Shown: piece after piece, positions 1-12,375 of the stretch
Layout: every line of letters starts with the position of its first letter
Numbering within the stretch: the stretch's first letter is position 1
Origin: Camelus ferus
Taxonomy: Eukaryota
Reading direction: 5' to 3'
Length of the DNA: 64,000 nucleotides
NCBI RefSeq assembly: GCF_009834535.1
Contig: NC_045697.1
Span: forward strand, 20,152,001 to 20,216,000
Notes under the pieces: model-generated
Told to the model about the DNA's origin: nothing
Databases searched by the model: none
What the model saw: the letters and a program-made list of their open reading frames with translations, nothing else
Position numbers and translations under genes: made by a program

Positions 1-3000
1 CGGGAGATACAATCCCCGGTCTCCAATCACAGAGTACTTGTCCTTTCCTCTGCATTCCCAGACATGGAGAAGCCAGACATCATCTAGAAAGGGGTGGGTG
101 TGCACATTAAGTCTCTGGCACCTGCTCTGAGAACCAGAGGGGAGAGCCTGTGCTCTCTACTCACTCTGAGCCTGTGACGTTCCATAGGTGTTAAAAAGGT
201 TTGCTGTTGGCCAGCCACTGAGGGGCAGTGATACACAGCGATCCGCTCGCTGTGGCTGTGAGCAGTGAGTCATGGCAGCTCCAAGTTCATTGCAAGGAAA
301 AGAATTGAATCCTCTTGGTTTTATTTCTCAGTAGAGAACTGGAGCAGAAACAAAGCAAAACACTTCGTCTCCCCCCAGGATCTAGTTATACCTTTTACGA
401 AGACAAACACATCACATTCAATTCTCCTTTCCCACTGCTGATGAGAGAGAAATACATTCAGAGGACCAACCAGAGTAGCCAGATGACTCTCACACAAAAA
501 TAAACTGTGGCTTTGTTTACAGATCTCTTTCTTGTCTTTACCCACTGTCCTGCGCTCACAGAAACAAGCAAGTTAACATCTAGCATGAAAAGACATTCTC
601 TTTGTGTGGCTAAAGTTTAAGATGTCAAATGGGCTATTATGTCTGAATGCTTGGCCTCCAGCCATTAGTGTGCTGGTAGCTAATGTCTTCCTAGCTCTAT
701 TAGCTCCAGATCCTTTGCATAATATCCTCAGATATTGCTTTTATGCTGGGCAAGGCTGGAAGCAGGGAAATTGGCATTATAAAGGTTAGGGGGAAAATCT
801 TTGCACTATAGTTGACATGCTGTATTGATCCAGTATGAAATCCAACCGTTACGGAGACAGATGGGGGAGCTCTGAGACTCTCAATCCAAAAATTGCATCA
901 GCTACTGCTGATGCCGCTGCACGTGCTGACAATAGCTTCAGCCTGAAAAGCAGGGTTTACATGCCTGAAATAAATTGTTTTGATTAGAACTTTAGGAGAG
1001 AAAGTCATAAGGTACAGTTTTATTGACTACTTGCCAAACAACACAGACCTATGCACTGTAAACTTGTTTTGCTCGTGTAAGTCAAGCACCAACTAGGCTT
1101 TTATTTTCTAAGGTTATGGACTTGGGGTATAATATATTATCATTTACTTTGAATTACTGCAGCCATAGCTTCGGAGGAAGTGGAATTAATTCTGAACTAT
1201 TGCTGACCTCCATGTATGTTTATTTATTAGTTGGTTTCTTTGTGGCAAGGATGCTCTAACTTTGTGTGATAAAGACTGCTTTGAGTACCTAGTAATCTGT
1301 TAATTGTTGTGGCCAACAAAGTGAGTTCAAAAAGCTGCCACTGGTCACTAAAAAAAAAAATTGTTAAGAGAATATTCTTACAACTAGCCACATTCATAAT
1401 GCCTTCTCTCCTGTTCTGCTCTTTTTCTTCCCAGAAGCATATTTTTTCTCCTGTAGAGAGCTCTCTCTTAATCTGTTGCTGTTTTTCAAAAACAAGACAA
1501 TTCAGTGCAATCAACCAAACAAAATTCGGACAAATTGATGTAAAATGCAAAATGAGAAGCCAGCATGTTTTTTTTTTTTTTTCCGGAAGCTGGACCTGTG
1601 TTACATTATCTCCTAAGAAAGCAATTCATTGCGATGCTTTTTTTCCCAATGAAATACATGGAGATTCTTCTTTCTTACTTTCTTAGGCTGCTCGTATGGG
1701 TTTCAAAGTTGGCTATTACAGACAGACTTGAGCATACACAAGGTTTATTGTGTGTGCTATCTGTAATGACGCCATCCTGGTCTGTCTGTTGGGCCCACGC
1801 GAAAACAAACATCTTGCCAAGAGAGAAAACTGTGTGCATGTTTTTCATACTCACACTTTTATGAGAACATAGAATTAAGGACAGAACTGAAAGGAAACCA
1901 TACGTATTACCTCATCTGTTTTGTTACAGGCACTTTATTGCATGTTTTACATATATTATTTCATTTTATGTCAAATTTATCACAAAAATACAACAAATAT
2001 GTACTGCTATGCATATTAAGTATGAACTTTAGTTCATCAATCTTGTGGTATTTACTAATCCTACTGCCTTCTAACTTTGTGTCAGATTAATTAATCAATT
2101 AATAAAATGAATGTAGAACAAAATGACTTCCCTCTAGGAGTTTATAATCCACTTGAGAGATATGAATCTTTGCATCCCATTGTTAGCTAGGAAATGCTAA
2201 ATGTCAAATGATTATTAAGGCTATGCAACAAGATATCAATAAGGGCCAGATATTGCTGGATGAATAGAACAATAATTTATTAAATATAACAAATGCCTAT
2301 TAAAAAAGGACATGTATTAATTAAAATGACAACACCAGTATATACGACTGACAATTGACCAATGGCTCTCCTTATTTCATAAATTATTCTTAGTCTGTGC
2401 TGACACCACCAGATTTTAAAGTGGTGAGATCGAGGGTCTCAATTTTTAATAACTCATTTGAATGACAAGTTGCCTAGCTTTCAATTTATATGCTGTAGGA
2501 GAGCTAAAGGTGGAATTAAATCTGCTAGCATCTGCATCTTGGATTTGGGGGTTAGCTCTGAAATACAGAACCACAAGTGATAATTTTCAATAAGTAAGTT
2601 GCATTACCAGCCACTCACAGATGTTAATGGCAAAGTACCTCTCATTATTCTAAATGACATAAACACAGTACTGCTGTTATTTATACCATGGAGATTTTTC
2701 TCATCATCGTTATTATAAGATAAATTAAAAAGATTATTAAGTGAAATGAGTCAACATTTCTTTATATGCCAAAAATGGCAGCTGTGATCGTACGGGGTTC
2801 ACTTATGTAGACAACTTACCTCATCCAGTCATGTTCTGGGATTCTGAAACTATTGTACGCAGCCACACTGAAAGACTTAAATGCTGTCCGTCCGCTCTTA
2901 AGCAGCCAGGAGGGTCATAAGCATTGAGAGAAATGCAGCATCATTTGTTACCTCTGTCTCTTCCACTGTGTGTTTGAGAGGAGGTATTGGCACTTACTTT

Positions 3001-3439
3001 GCAACAGATTTGATCTTCTGTTCTCTGAGGGAATGCTGTCACCGGTATTATTTACTCCCTGAGCAACAAATCCTCATAAATTATAATGGTTCTCCAGACA
3101 GCCATTTCCAAATTTAATCAGGGATGATTTCCTTGCTTTTTTCAATTATCTCCAAATTATATTCAGGCATTGTAATAGATTAAGTCTTGTACCTTATTTA
3201 TTCCAGAAACAGGACTACGATAAGCTTCCAATCTAAAAGGAAGAATACAGATGAAGATACATCTAGCCTACTGAGAAAAATACTACTCCTCATGCCTTAA
3301 ACTATGTAAGTGATACAAGCAATTCTCGGTCATCCTGTGTGTCAAGACCCTCTATTACTTCCCATGGACAACGCCCACCATCCAAATAACCAATAATCGT
3401 AGAACATTAGCACCAACTAGAGCCTTATCCCTATTGCAC

Positions 3440-3670
3440 AGATTTTGAAGACAGACAGACCTGAATCGGTGTTCTGCCTCCACCATTTACTGGATGTATA
3501 CCCACGAGAATGTTTTACCTTCTCTAGGACTCAGTTTCTTCAAATGTAAGACAGACTAATACTAATAAATCTTGCACTCAATTATCATTCGGATTAAATG
3601 ATACAATAGATATAAATAATATAGAGAAGTCTAGGTACAGTAAGGACTCAGTAAATAACAGCTATTATAA
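3440..3670 (+). mobile_element. MIR SINE (old, diverged)
   Basis: MIR core-like text 'cttctctaggactcagtttcttcaaatgtaa...ggattaaatga...aggtacagtaaggactcagtaaataacagctattat'. Confidence 0.75.
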
Positions 3671-3679
3671 ACAGACCAC

Positions 3680-3800
3680 CTTTCTGCTCTTTTTAAATGA
3701 AGCAGCTTAACCTGAAATAATTTAAGTAACTGCCAAGGACCATATTAAGAATTGGCATAGCCTCGGGTTTTGAGCATGTGTCTCCAATTCTGGACCACTT
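3680..3800 (-). mobile_element. MIR-family fragment
   Basis: 'ttaagtaactgccaaggacca...ttggcatagcctcgggttttgagc' resembles the reverse-complement MIR core. Confidence 0.5.
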
Positions 3801-4630
3801 CCTATTAAACTTTGGCTGCGGCAGTTTGCGTTATGTCAGACTCTCAAATGTAGATAATTCCCTCAGCGTCTTACTCACTGTCTAGTGGTGATCCTACCAT
3901 GTTTGAACCATTTTGTTCAAGTAAGGATATAGAGGCGTGGTGGCCCATCACCTCCGGCTGTTGCCCTAGAGCGTCCGGTGACATTTTAGGCTTATCAGAA
4001 ACTGCTTTTACCTTCAGACATCGTGCTGCTGTTGGACACTAATGCTGGATGAAGTTGAGATGCCTCAAAAATCAATAGTCAGCAAGACTGAACTTAGGTG
4101 AATAGGCTAAGTAAAGGCCCCTGAAACAAGGGCCAAGAGTAAGGGAGTCTCAAGGAATTTAAAGAATAACATTTCTCTTCCCAAGGTGGAGCATGAGGAG
4201 AAGACCACGAGCTGGAAGTTGTATTTGATTTATTTTTGTATCGTGCTTATTATATCTGGGAGCTAAAAGTGGGAGACACCAAAGAAATATGTGAACAGGC
4301 AGACTGAAAGCTAAGTACATACAACTATACTGATCTCTTTCTTTTTAAACAATTAGATTAGCTACTAGTCGAAAATGCAAAAAGCAGATATTAATATTTT
4401 TTAAATAAAGGTAACAATTTATAATTTGATCATCGCAATTCTTCTGAATTTTAAGGTTGAGGAAGTCAAATAAGTAAGTTTTTTAAAAATAGGCCCAAAT
4501 TCAGAAAATATTAAGAATGAAAAAAATATATGCAAAAAATCATTAGTTTTGACATGCTGTAGTAGGTTAAGTTGAACAAAATTATAAAATATTTGCATTC
4601 TAGCCCTGTGTCATTAATTTTGGCTCTGGG

Positions 4631-4733
4631 ATTATATTATATTATATTATATTATATTATATTATATTATATTATATTATATTATATTATATTATATTAT
4701 ATATAATATAATATATATATATTATATTATATT
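4631..4733. repeat. (ATTAT)n pentanucleotide microsatellite grading into (TA)n
   Basis: About 14 perfect ATTAT units read directly, then AT-only degenerate units. Confidence 0.97.
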
Positions 4734-4862
4734 AACTCACTAGGGAAAAAGGTAATATTCAATCCTTTCCAAATAAGAAATGATTCAAAGTATATAGACT
4801 TTGAAGCTTTGAAGTCATTGTGTTCATCTATAAATCTATAAAAAATACATTTTGCGGTGGGT

Positions 4863-5004
4863 GTTGTTTTTGTTTGTTTGTCTTTATTTTTCTTTTTGAG
4901 GGGGTTGTAATCTGATTTACTTATTTTTGGAGGTACTGGGGATTGAACCCAGGACCTTGTGCATGCTAAGCATACTCTCTACCACTTGAGCTATACCCTC
5001 CCCC
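4863..5004 (-). mobile_element. tRNA-Ala-derived SINE (camelid Vic-1-like)
   Basis: Minus strand reads GGGGAGGGTATAGCTCAAGTGGTAGAGAGTATGCTTAGCATGCACAAGGTCCTGGGTTCAATCCCCAGTACCTCCA: tRNA-Ala(AGC)-like head with A and B boxes, then a short unique tail and an A-rich end. A second copy lies at 42183-42339. Confidence 0.9.
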
Positions 5005-6068
5005 TTACATGTTTGTAAATAGCTGTTTGCATTTGTGAGTTGATGAACACTGATAGGCATTGAAAGTGGTATATTGAAAGATAAATGGGTATGTATAAAA
5101 AGAGCTGGAGTCTCTGCTGTATCCCAATAAATGACACTTCTCTTCCTTGCCCAGATGTTTTAAATTGATGTCTAAAAGGAAAAGGACATTGAGGCCAAAT
5201 ATCATCTCACCTACTAAGCTGGAAAAAGTCAGTTCGTGTTGGAGCTAAGTGGTTCTGCTAAATCACCCCCAAGATAGAATAGATACAAAATAGAATAGAC
5301 GTGTCATCCCGTCACTATGGAGTTCTTTAGTCTCATTACAACTCTTACGATTCTATCTCATAGATTTCACTCTTCCTAAATCTTTAGCAATGTCATTAAC
5401 CCTGGAATGACTGATACACAATCAAGAACATGAAAATAAGTGATATTTTTATAGAAAAGTGAAACAATGTATCTTAATAATTCAATCCAATAAGAGCTAG
5501 ATTTTGCCTCAAACATCTTGCCATCTCAAAGTCTATGGTACAGCAGTGTCCATTTGGTGTCCGTTTTTCACTTAGCTTAACAACTGTCTGCATGTGTATT
5601 GCTCATACAGCATCTACCTTGCACTGATAGTCCACCCAAGCACTATAGGTATGTCACATCTGTTTAACTTTAATGAGCTTTACATACAACATAAAAGATG
5701 ATTTCTATATCTGCCATGCTCTTGCAATTGAATATGACAACCACAAATTTAATAAGCCTTAAATGCTTCACTTTTGTTTTCTGTTTTATACTTTTCATAA
5801 TGTTGCACATTTGAAACTCATCCTTTCTACCAGTCAAAAGAATGTCTATTAGGAGATAAGTTTCCTATCTCAGCATTGTTTTTAACAATACTATCTTGTT
5901 GTCTCTATTCCAAATCTCACCTGAGGAATAATGGAGTTTTATTGCAATTAATCTTAGTAAAGCAGCATAGCTCTCCTCATTGCTCTTAACGCCTTTTCTC
6001 CCCTTTTCTCAAACCATAAAACATACAAGAGAAACAAAGGCCCTTGAGGACAGACTATAGGGGCAACT

Positions 6069-6315
6069 ATTATATTATTTTTTTAGATTATTGTAATGTT
6101 TTGTATATATATTTTACTGAAGTATAGTCAGTTTACAATGTTATATCAATTTATGGTGTACAACATAATGTTTCAGTCATCCATATACATACATATATTC
6201 CTTTTCACATTCTTTTTCCCTGTAGGTTACTATGAGATATTGAATATAGTTCCCTGTGCTGTACAGTATAAACTTGTTCATCTGTTTTATGTATAGTAGT
6301 TAGTATCTGCAAATC
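6069..6315 (-). mobile_element. LINE-1 3' end fragment (young, cetartiodactyl type), copy A of a tandem pair
   Basis: 'ttttactgaagtatagtcagtttacaatg...gtatctgcaaatc' is collinear with 19965-20166 of the longer L1. Confidence 0.9.
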
Positions 6316-6546
6316 TTTTTTTATAATTTTTTATTGAGTTATAGTTAGTTTACAATGTTGTATCAATTTCTGGTGTACAGCACAATGCTTCAGTCATACA
6401 TGAACATACAGATATTTGTTTTCATATTCTTTTTCACCATAGGTTACTACAAGATATTGAATGTAGTTCCCCTTGCTATACAATATGAACTTGTTATTTA
6501 TCTACTTTATATATATTAGTTAGTATTTGCAAATCTCAAACTCCCA
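6316..6546 (-). mobile_element. LINE-1 3' end fragment, copy B of a tandem pair
   Basis: 'ttttattgagttatagttagtttacaatg...caaatctcaaactccca' is collinear with 19960-20177 and has a T-rich tail at 6316-6335. Confidence 0.9.
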
Positions 6547-9500
6547 AAGGGTACCATCTCTGTTGCACATCCTGGTTCTTCCTCTGAGGACATACACAGC
6601 ACAGCAGATAAAGGAATCTAGAGTTATATGATTAGCTGTTAAGCATTTAATGACAATGGCTAAAGCATTTATTAATTTCTGTTTCCTTTTGTAATACAGT
6701 TAAAGGAATGCTCATGTGAGAAGGTGATGTGAAGCAGCAATTATCCTATCACTGTTCACTCTGACAGTCAAACTGAGACTACATGGTCAAAACTGAAAAT
6801 ACTTGAATAGTTCATCTACCTCATTCCAAATATAGGCATGTTTAGAAAGCTCAAGAGGTTATTGTTATTATCATTATTTTTTAATTCCAGTAAAAAAAAG
6901 TTCCTCCAGTAAAGTAAAATATGGGGCTGTCCTTAGATTCAGTTTTGATCACAGGAGGACGAGACACTGTTCTCATTGATGAGATTGAGAGAATTAACAA
7001 GTGTGAACCAGTTCTCTCTCTCTCTGATACACCTGCTGAAGGAGAGCACATACTCTCTGCATCACCTTCCTTAAGACTTTACAGGGGCAGGACCCCATGG
7101 AGAAGTCCTGTAAGTTCCCAGCACCAGTTAAAACTAGAGGGGCACGTTCAGTTTCAGGAGGTAGCCTGAGCAAGCCCACGTGGCTAACAGAGAGAAAAAG
7201 GTTTTCTCCAGTTTAGGCTTTATCAGTATTGGTGCTGCTCTTTTGATCTCCACCTGTTTGATTCCTGTGTCTCTTAAGTGACTCCAACTTGAGCAGGAAG
7301 AAAAAGGGTTGCTATTTACTGTTCTCTCCTCAAGCTACAATAATAGCTTACACTTACTGATGCTTCATTTACTTGAATTTTATAAATTTATATTGCTCAT
7401 AAACTCCACGGAATTATGAGTCAGTGTTTCACAAACACTTAATTATTTACCTCTACAGCAAAGTTATAGTTTTCATTATATTTTAATAGCTTTATTAACT
7501 TTTCATTACTTAGATAAAATTGAACATTAATAAAATCTCAAACAATGATCATAGATAGGAAACTTAAGTGACAACAAGCTACAAGAAATGCAGAAGAAAT
7601 TAACTTAAATAAATCTAAATTTACTGAAAGATTTGGAAGCCAGGAGTGTGAATTGCTTTTTTATGTGTTTTAATTAGGTCCACTTCCAGGAAATTACAGT
7701 ACTACTAGATTTTTAGTAGAAAGAATTCCAAGGTTTTCAATCTTTGAATATTATTGGAAAATTTCCATTTTTTCCCAATTTTCCTAGAACAGCTTAGAAT
7801 CATTATCCTGACATTTCCAGGATTTTTTTTGCAAATTCAGTCATATAGACAAAGTTTCTGCTACGTAACATTTTAGTGCCAGAATGTATCTGGGTACAAA
7901 CCAGTTTCAAAGATCTTTAATATGTCTTTGTTCGATTCATTGATAAATTAATCATCCGGAAGTGAAATGATTTCTTTTACCCACAGCCACTATTTACCGC
8001 TCTTCCTCAAGAACATTTATTTAGGGTATGTATCTTGGTTTTCCATTTTTTTCAGCTTTTGTATTGTATTTATTACACTTTATTTTACTTTTAAACTAAT
8101 CCTCGCCACCATCCTCCCAAAAAAATCAGGAAACAGTAAGAGAGAAAAGAGGAGTTTTCAGATTCCCTTGACTCCCTGGTGTATTTTTCATCCTTCAGAT
8201 ATAAAGTGATTCATTATCTGTAGGCCAAGTGCTTTGAGTTCATTTTCCATTTATGAAAATCCAAGCATGCAAATATCCCTGTGCTCTCAGAAATGCAAGC
8301 TCAATTTAAGCTATGTCACTGAGGAACAAAGGTAATTAAATTAGCCTTCCCTGTTCTCCTTGATGGCTTTCTCCTGACCATACCACTTCACTGATGATTT
8401 GTCTCAAAAATCATGTCAAGAGAGCTCAAGATCAAACTCCTCTGGTACTCACCATCATGAATAAACTCACTTCATCTCTGGAAGAAAATGTCTTGGGTAG
8501 GACAGACTTATTTACGTTCCACTCCAATGAAAACTTTCCTTGGGAGCCCTGGACCATCTTCATTAGCACTGATGTACTCTCACTCCAGACTTAAACTTTC
8601 ATTTCCACTTTAAATGTCATGGAGGTGACCTTCTCTATGGAAACATAGTGATTAGAACAACTAAACACGCTTAATATCACCTTCAGGTTTCTTTCGCTGA
8701 TGCTCATCCTTCTCCACCGTAAGACATTCGAACCGTCAAAGGATCTTAGCAAAGAGAATAATAAAATTGCCGTGTCATTTCTTGACTAACATGCAACCAT
8801 TCAGTTACTAATACAGTTTCAGGCAATGCCCTGAATGGGAAGTTACTTAACTAGAATTGGGAAATGGTATCTAAGCTCTCCAGTTAATGTAGTAAACAAG
8901 TGGAGGAATGCAACTTTAAAAATCCAGAATGTTAATCGTGAATAATCTTAAAATTCTATTCTGAGTGCTTTGTCTTAGAAAGGCTTATTGTTCAGGTCTG
9001 TGTAGACAATTATATATAGCCAGTCCAGATCAAAATGCTTCATCATATCAGCATTTGTTGATTTATGTAACATTTTTCAGGTGAAAGATTTTTTTTTTAT
9101 ATTTTCTAAATATTTTGATAAAATAGCTTCATTCCATCTCCCAGTAGTCTGAGAGTACTTGTCTTCTCTGATGTCTGAGAAGCAATTATAAAATATGAAA
9201 AATGTGATCAAACCCATCAAGACATACCCCTTCATTGCAAAACCAGGCAAATGCACACAGATCAGATAAGCATACTGCTATTATTCTGGTAGATTTATGT
9301 TTGAAAAACTGGTTATTTTTATCATATGGGTTTATGTGATTCTTTTTTTCATTTTAAGAATAACAGAGGTAATGACTTTTGGATGATAATGAAAAGCCAT
9401 CGTTCATGCTGAGAATCCATATTCATACAATGGAAAAAAATGTGAATGAAATTCTAAGCATTGCTCTGAGTTGAATCAAAGAATGCTAAAATGCTTCACT

Positions 9501-12124
9501 GTCACTTTTTTAAAACCTTTTTGAGCCAACCTCTGCAAAATAGCAGGAAGATACGTCAACCTAGAGACACTGTCCATCAGACTATGGCATAGTACAAGTA
9601 TCTGGTAAATATATTAGAGCCCCGTGGGGAATCACTTGGGGCATTGACACTTTATATTTTGGCACTTATGCTAAAGGTAAAATGTTAAATGAAACTCATG
9701 CAGGTATCCATATATTTCTTGCAAGACCTGAATTGTCTGGGGAATGATGAAGCTGAATGACCAAGAGAGCAGTAATAGGTACTTAATGAATCTTCTCTAC
9801 AGGATCACACTAGTCTTGGACCTCTTCTCCCTTTCTTGCTCAAAGGGGCCATTCCTAGGGATACCAGGAATGGCTGACAGTTCTGCTAACTGTACACAGT
9901 TGGAGAAGGAACATCGCTGAATTCTTCTGCCCTGTCTTCTAAGAGGTCATTCTTTCAAGCAGCAGCGTTAGCAATTCACTTCAATTTTGAGGAAATGCGT
10001 TTTTGTTACTGGACTACCCCGTTCTCAGAAATCCGTTTAGATTGTCAATAGGAAAGGTCCATTTGGTGTCCAGTCAATGTGTAAAGGAGGTTTTTCAGTC
10101 AGGAGATTCTTACCTTTCAGCAGAGCTACTGTCCCACCTCTCTTTTCCCAGGCCATTCCCGGGCTCTCTCTTACAGTTGTATTGTTTGAAAACCATTACC
10201 CGTCAGTAATGGTATGAGGATTGTGATCTGAAACTTGACTGTAACCATTTCAAAGTGCTAATGTTAGTGGTAATGCCCCCTCAGTGACTAAAGGAACACC
10301 AACTGAATTGAAATGTTCTCTTGTTAATGGGGAAAAAAAAAAAAACCACTCTACAGCTTCAGGGAGAATGAGCAACAATGATTCTTACAATGGCGAGAAC
10401 AGCAGGGAGCTCTCCTGTACATACCAGTTGAAAAAAATCGTATCTTGGTCATATTGGGGATGAATTTCTATTAAGGGGTGATTTGGGTCTCTATGCTATA
10501 GGCTTTTGGACTCTCAAGAGGAATGAAAATACCTCCCTGGGAAACCTAGGTACCATTAGGTAAAAGACATTTAAATGGCCAGGGGTATAAATATGACACA
10601 TTTCCTAATACGTCAGAACAGAATCAGAATTTGACATTAACCTCCAAAAGGCATTAATTCAGAAACCCATTTTTAATCAACTTGGCTATCTCCATATGTC
10701 TATTTTTATATGTTTTGCCTGTTAGCCTAATTTAAAGTCATTTTGACAAGGGTGCTGTTTTGGGTTTTCATTTCTGGTCCCTCTCTATGCCTTTGTATTT
10801 TCTGTCTTTTTAATTTCAATTATAATCGAAACCAGATATGAGAATAGTAAGTATAACAGATTGTGCCTTGTACACAACTGGAATCCAAGAAGTGCTGCCT
10901 GTTTCTTACAAATACTTGTCATATCATTCTTGTGATTAATTGTGATCTCACAATTACAATAGTAGCTTATTTGACTTTAGATCAAAAATCAGTATTCTGG
11001 AGGGATCAGATCACTTGCTAGGGTGGCATCAATGCTTTCGGTATTCAGCTAATATTAATTGATGGTGATGGAGATATTAATGAATAGTAAAAGATGCCAC
11101 TGGCTAAAAGGGAGCAGATAATATCTTTTAACTTAAATTTTAGATTTTTTATAATACTAAATGATATGCAACTGTTATCTACTTGAGAAAGGAAAAAGTC
11201 TGCTCTAGCCAACCTCCTTTTGTGAAAAATTTTAATTCTTAGGTACAAAAAGTCATCTCAAAACTGAGAGATCTATCCCTTACTGAAAAATCTCTTCCAA
11301 AAATTTTTACCAGTCTAATTCTGTAATAAGTCAGCTTTTAAATTGCATTATCAAGAGGGTGAATTTCTGCACATATATTAAGTTGTAGCATTAAGTTCAG
11401 TCACCATTTTTTTAAATCAATAGTTTACAAGACTTGCACCAACTTTCCAATTTTCAAAAAAGTATGTAGATAAACTTTCTCATTTTTATTTATACGGTCT
11501 TGGAAGAAATAATTGCTGAGTTATAAGACCCACAATAACTGTGTTTCAGATTTATAGTCCATGCACATATCTTTCAGACCGCAGAACACCTGCACAGTAT
11601 GATACGTGCTTTGGGCATGCATCAAAAAGAATTTCCAAATTTTATATTGGCATGTGGAAGAAGAGGGTGGATTATCAGTGATATTGAGATATTAATTATT
11701 CAGTTTTACTGCCATGTGTTATGAATAATGTATTTGACATTCAGCAGTAGAACAGCAGTTCCTATCAGCATGCAATACTCTATAAACATGTATAGGAACA
11801 TCGGGGCATTCGTAATGTAATTAATTGGTCCTGGTTCTTAGCATGAAGACTTCGTCTTCATCAAGACTGGTAGGACAGGCCTCTGTTTTCATGTGACTCT
11901 GGTGTTGGCCCAGCAAGTAGCATGAGATAGAGTAAAGTCAACGAGGCAAAGTGGATTAATTCTGTTGGGAAGGAGAGCTTAGAAAAGTTTTGAACTGTGA
12001 TCTGTGGAGAAAATGAACTTTCTCTCCTTGTTCCTTTTTTTCTCTCTTAGTTTCTTTTTTGTTTTAACATTCTGACTTTTTACCTATAGATGTTTGCCAG
12101 CATTTAATTAGCATCAGAAAATAA

Positions 12125-12375
12125 GATTACAGTGGTTACAAGCTCAGATTCTGGGGCAACTCAGAGCTTTTTCCAAATCAGACTCTTAAGATCCAGGAAT
12201 CTTTATTTCTCTAATAATTTTTTTACTTGAAGAAATGGTGAAAATAATACCTAAACTAATAGGTTGATATGAGGACTAGATAAAATTAGATAGAAAGAGA
12301 TAAAACTAGACAGAATTATTTAATTCTTGAGAACAAAATATTGATGAAAACTATTATTGTTATTATTATTATTGA
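12125..12375 (+). mobile_element. MIR SINE
   Basis: 'agtggttacaagctcagattctgg...aaatggtgaaaataatacctaaactaataggttgatatgaggactagat' with an (ATT)n tail. Confidence 0.6.

Noticed and set aside
315..1864. Overlapping short ORFs on both strands at the window start
   Set aside because: No recognisable domains, many non-ATG starts, homopolymer-derived K/F runs; consistent with chance ORFs.
4928..5004. Possible tRNA-Ala gene
   Set aside because: It has a lengthened 5' end, a SINE tail with an A-rich end, and a second diverged copy with a TSD, so it is a SINE.
6069..6546. Repeated ~230-bp units considered as an array or CRISPR-like structure
   Set aside because: Only two diverged units, both L1 3' ends, with no repeat-spacer periodicity; the context is eukaryotic.
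8446..8490. Minus-strand 25-nt micro-exon candidate (ttttcttccAG...ATG|GTGAGT)
   Set aside because: Length not divisible by 3, a competing internal donor, and no other support; kept only as a side note.
10937..10956. Palindrome taattgtga-tc-tcacaatta resembling the symmetric lac operator
   Set aside because: The centre and spacing differ from lacO and no vector sequence flanks it; most likely a chance AT-rich palindrome.
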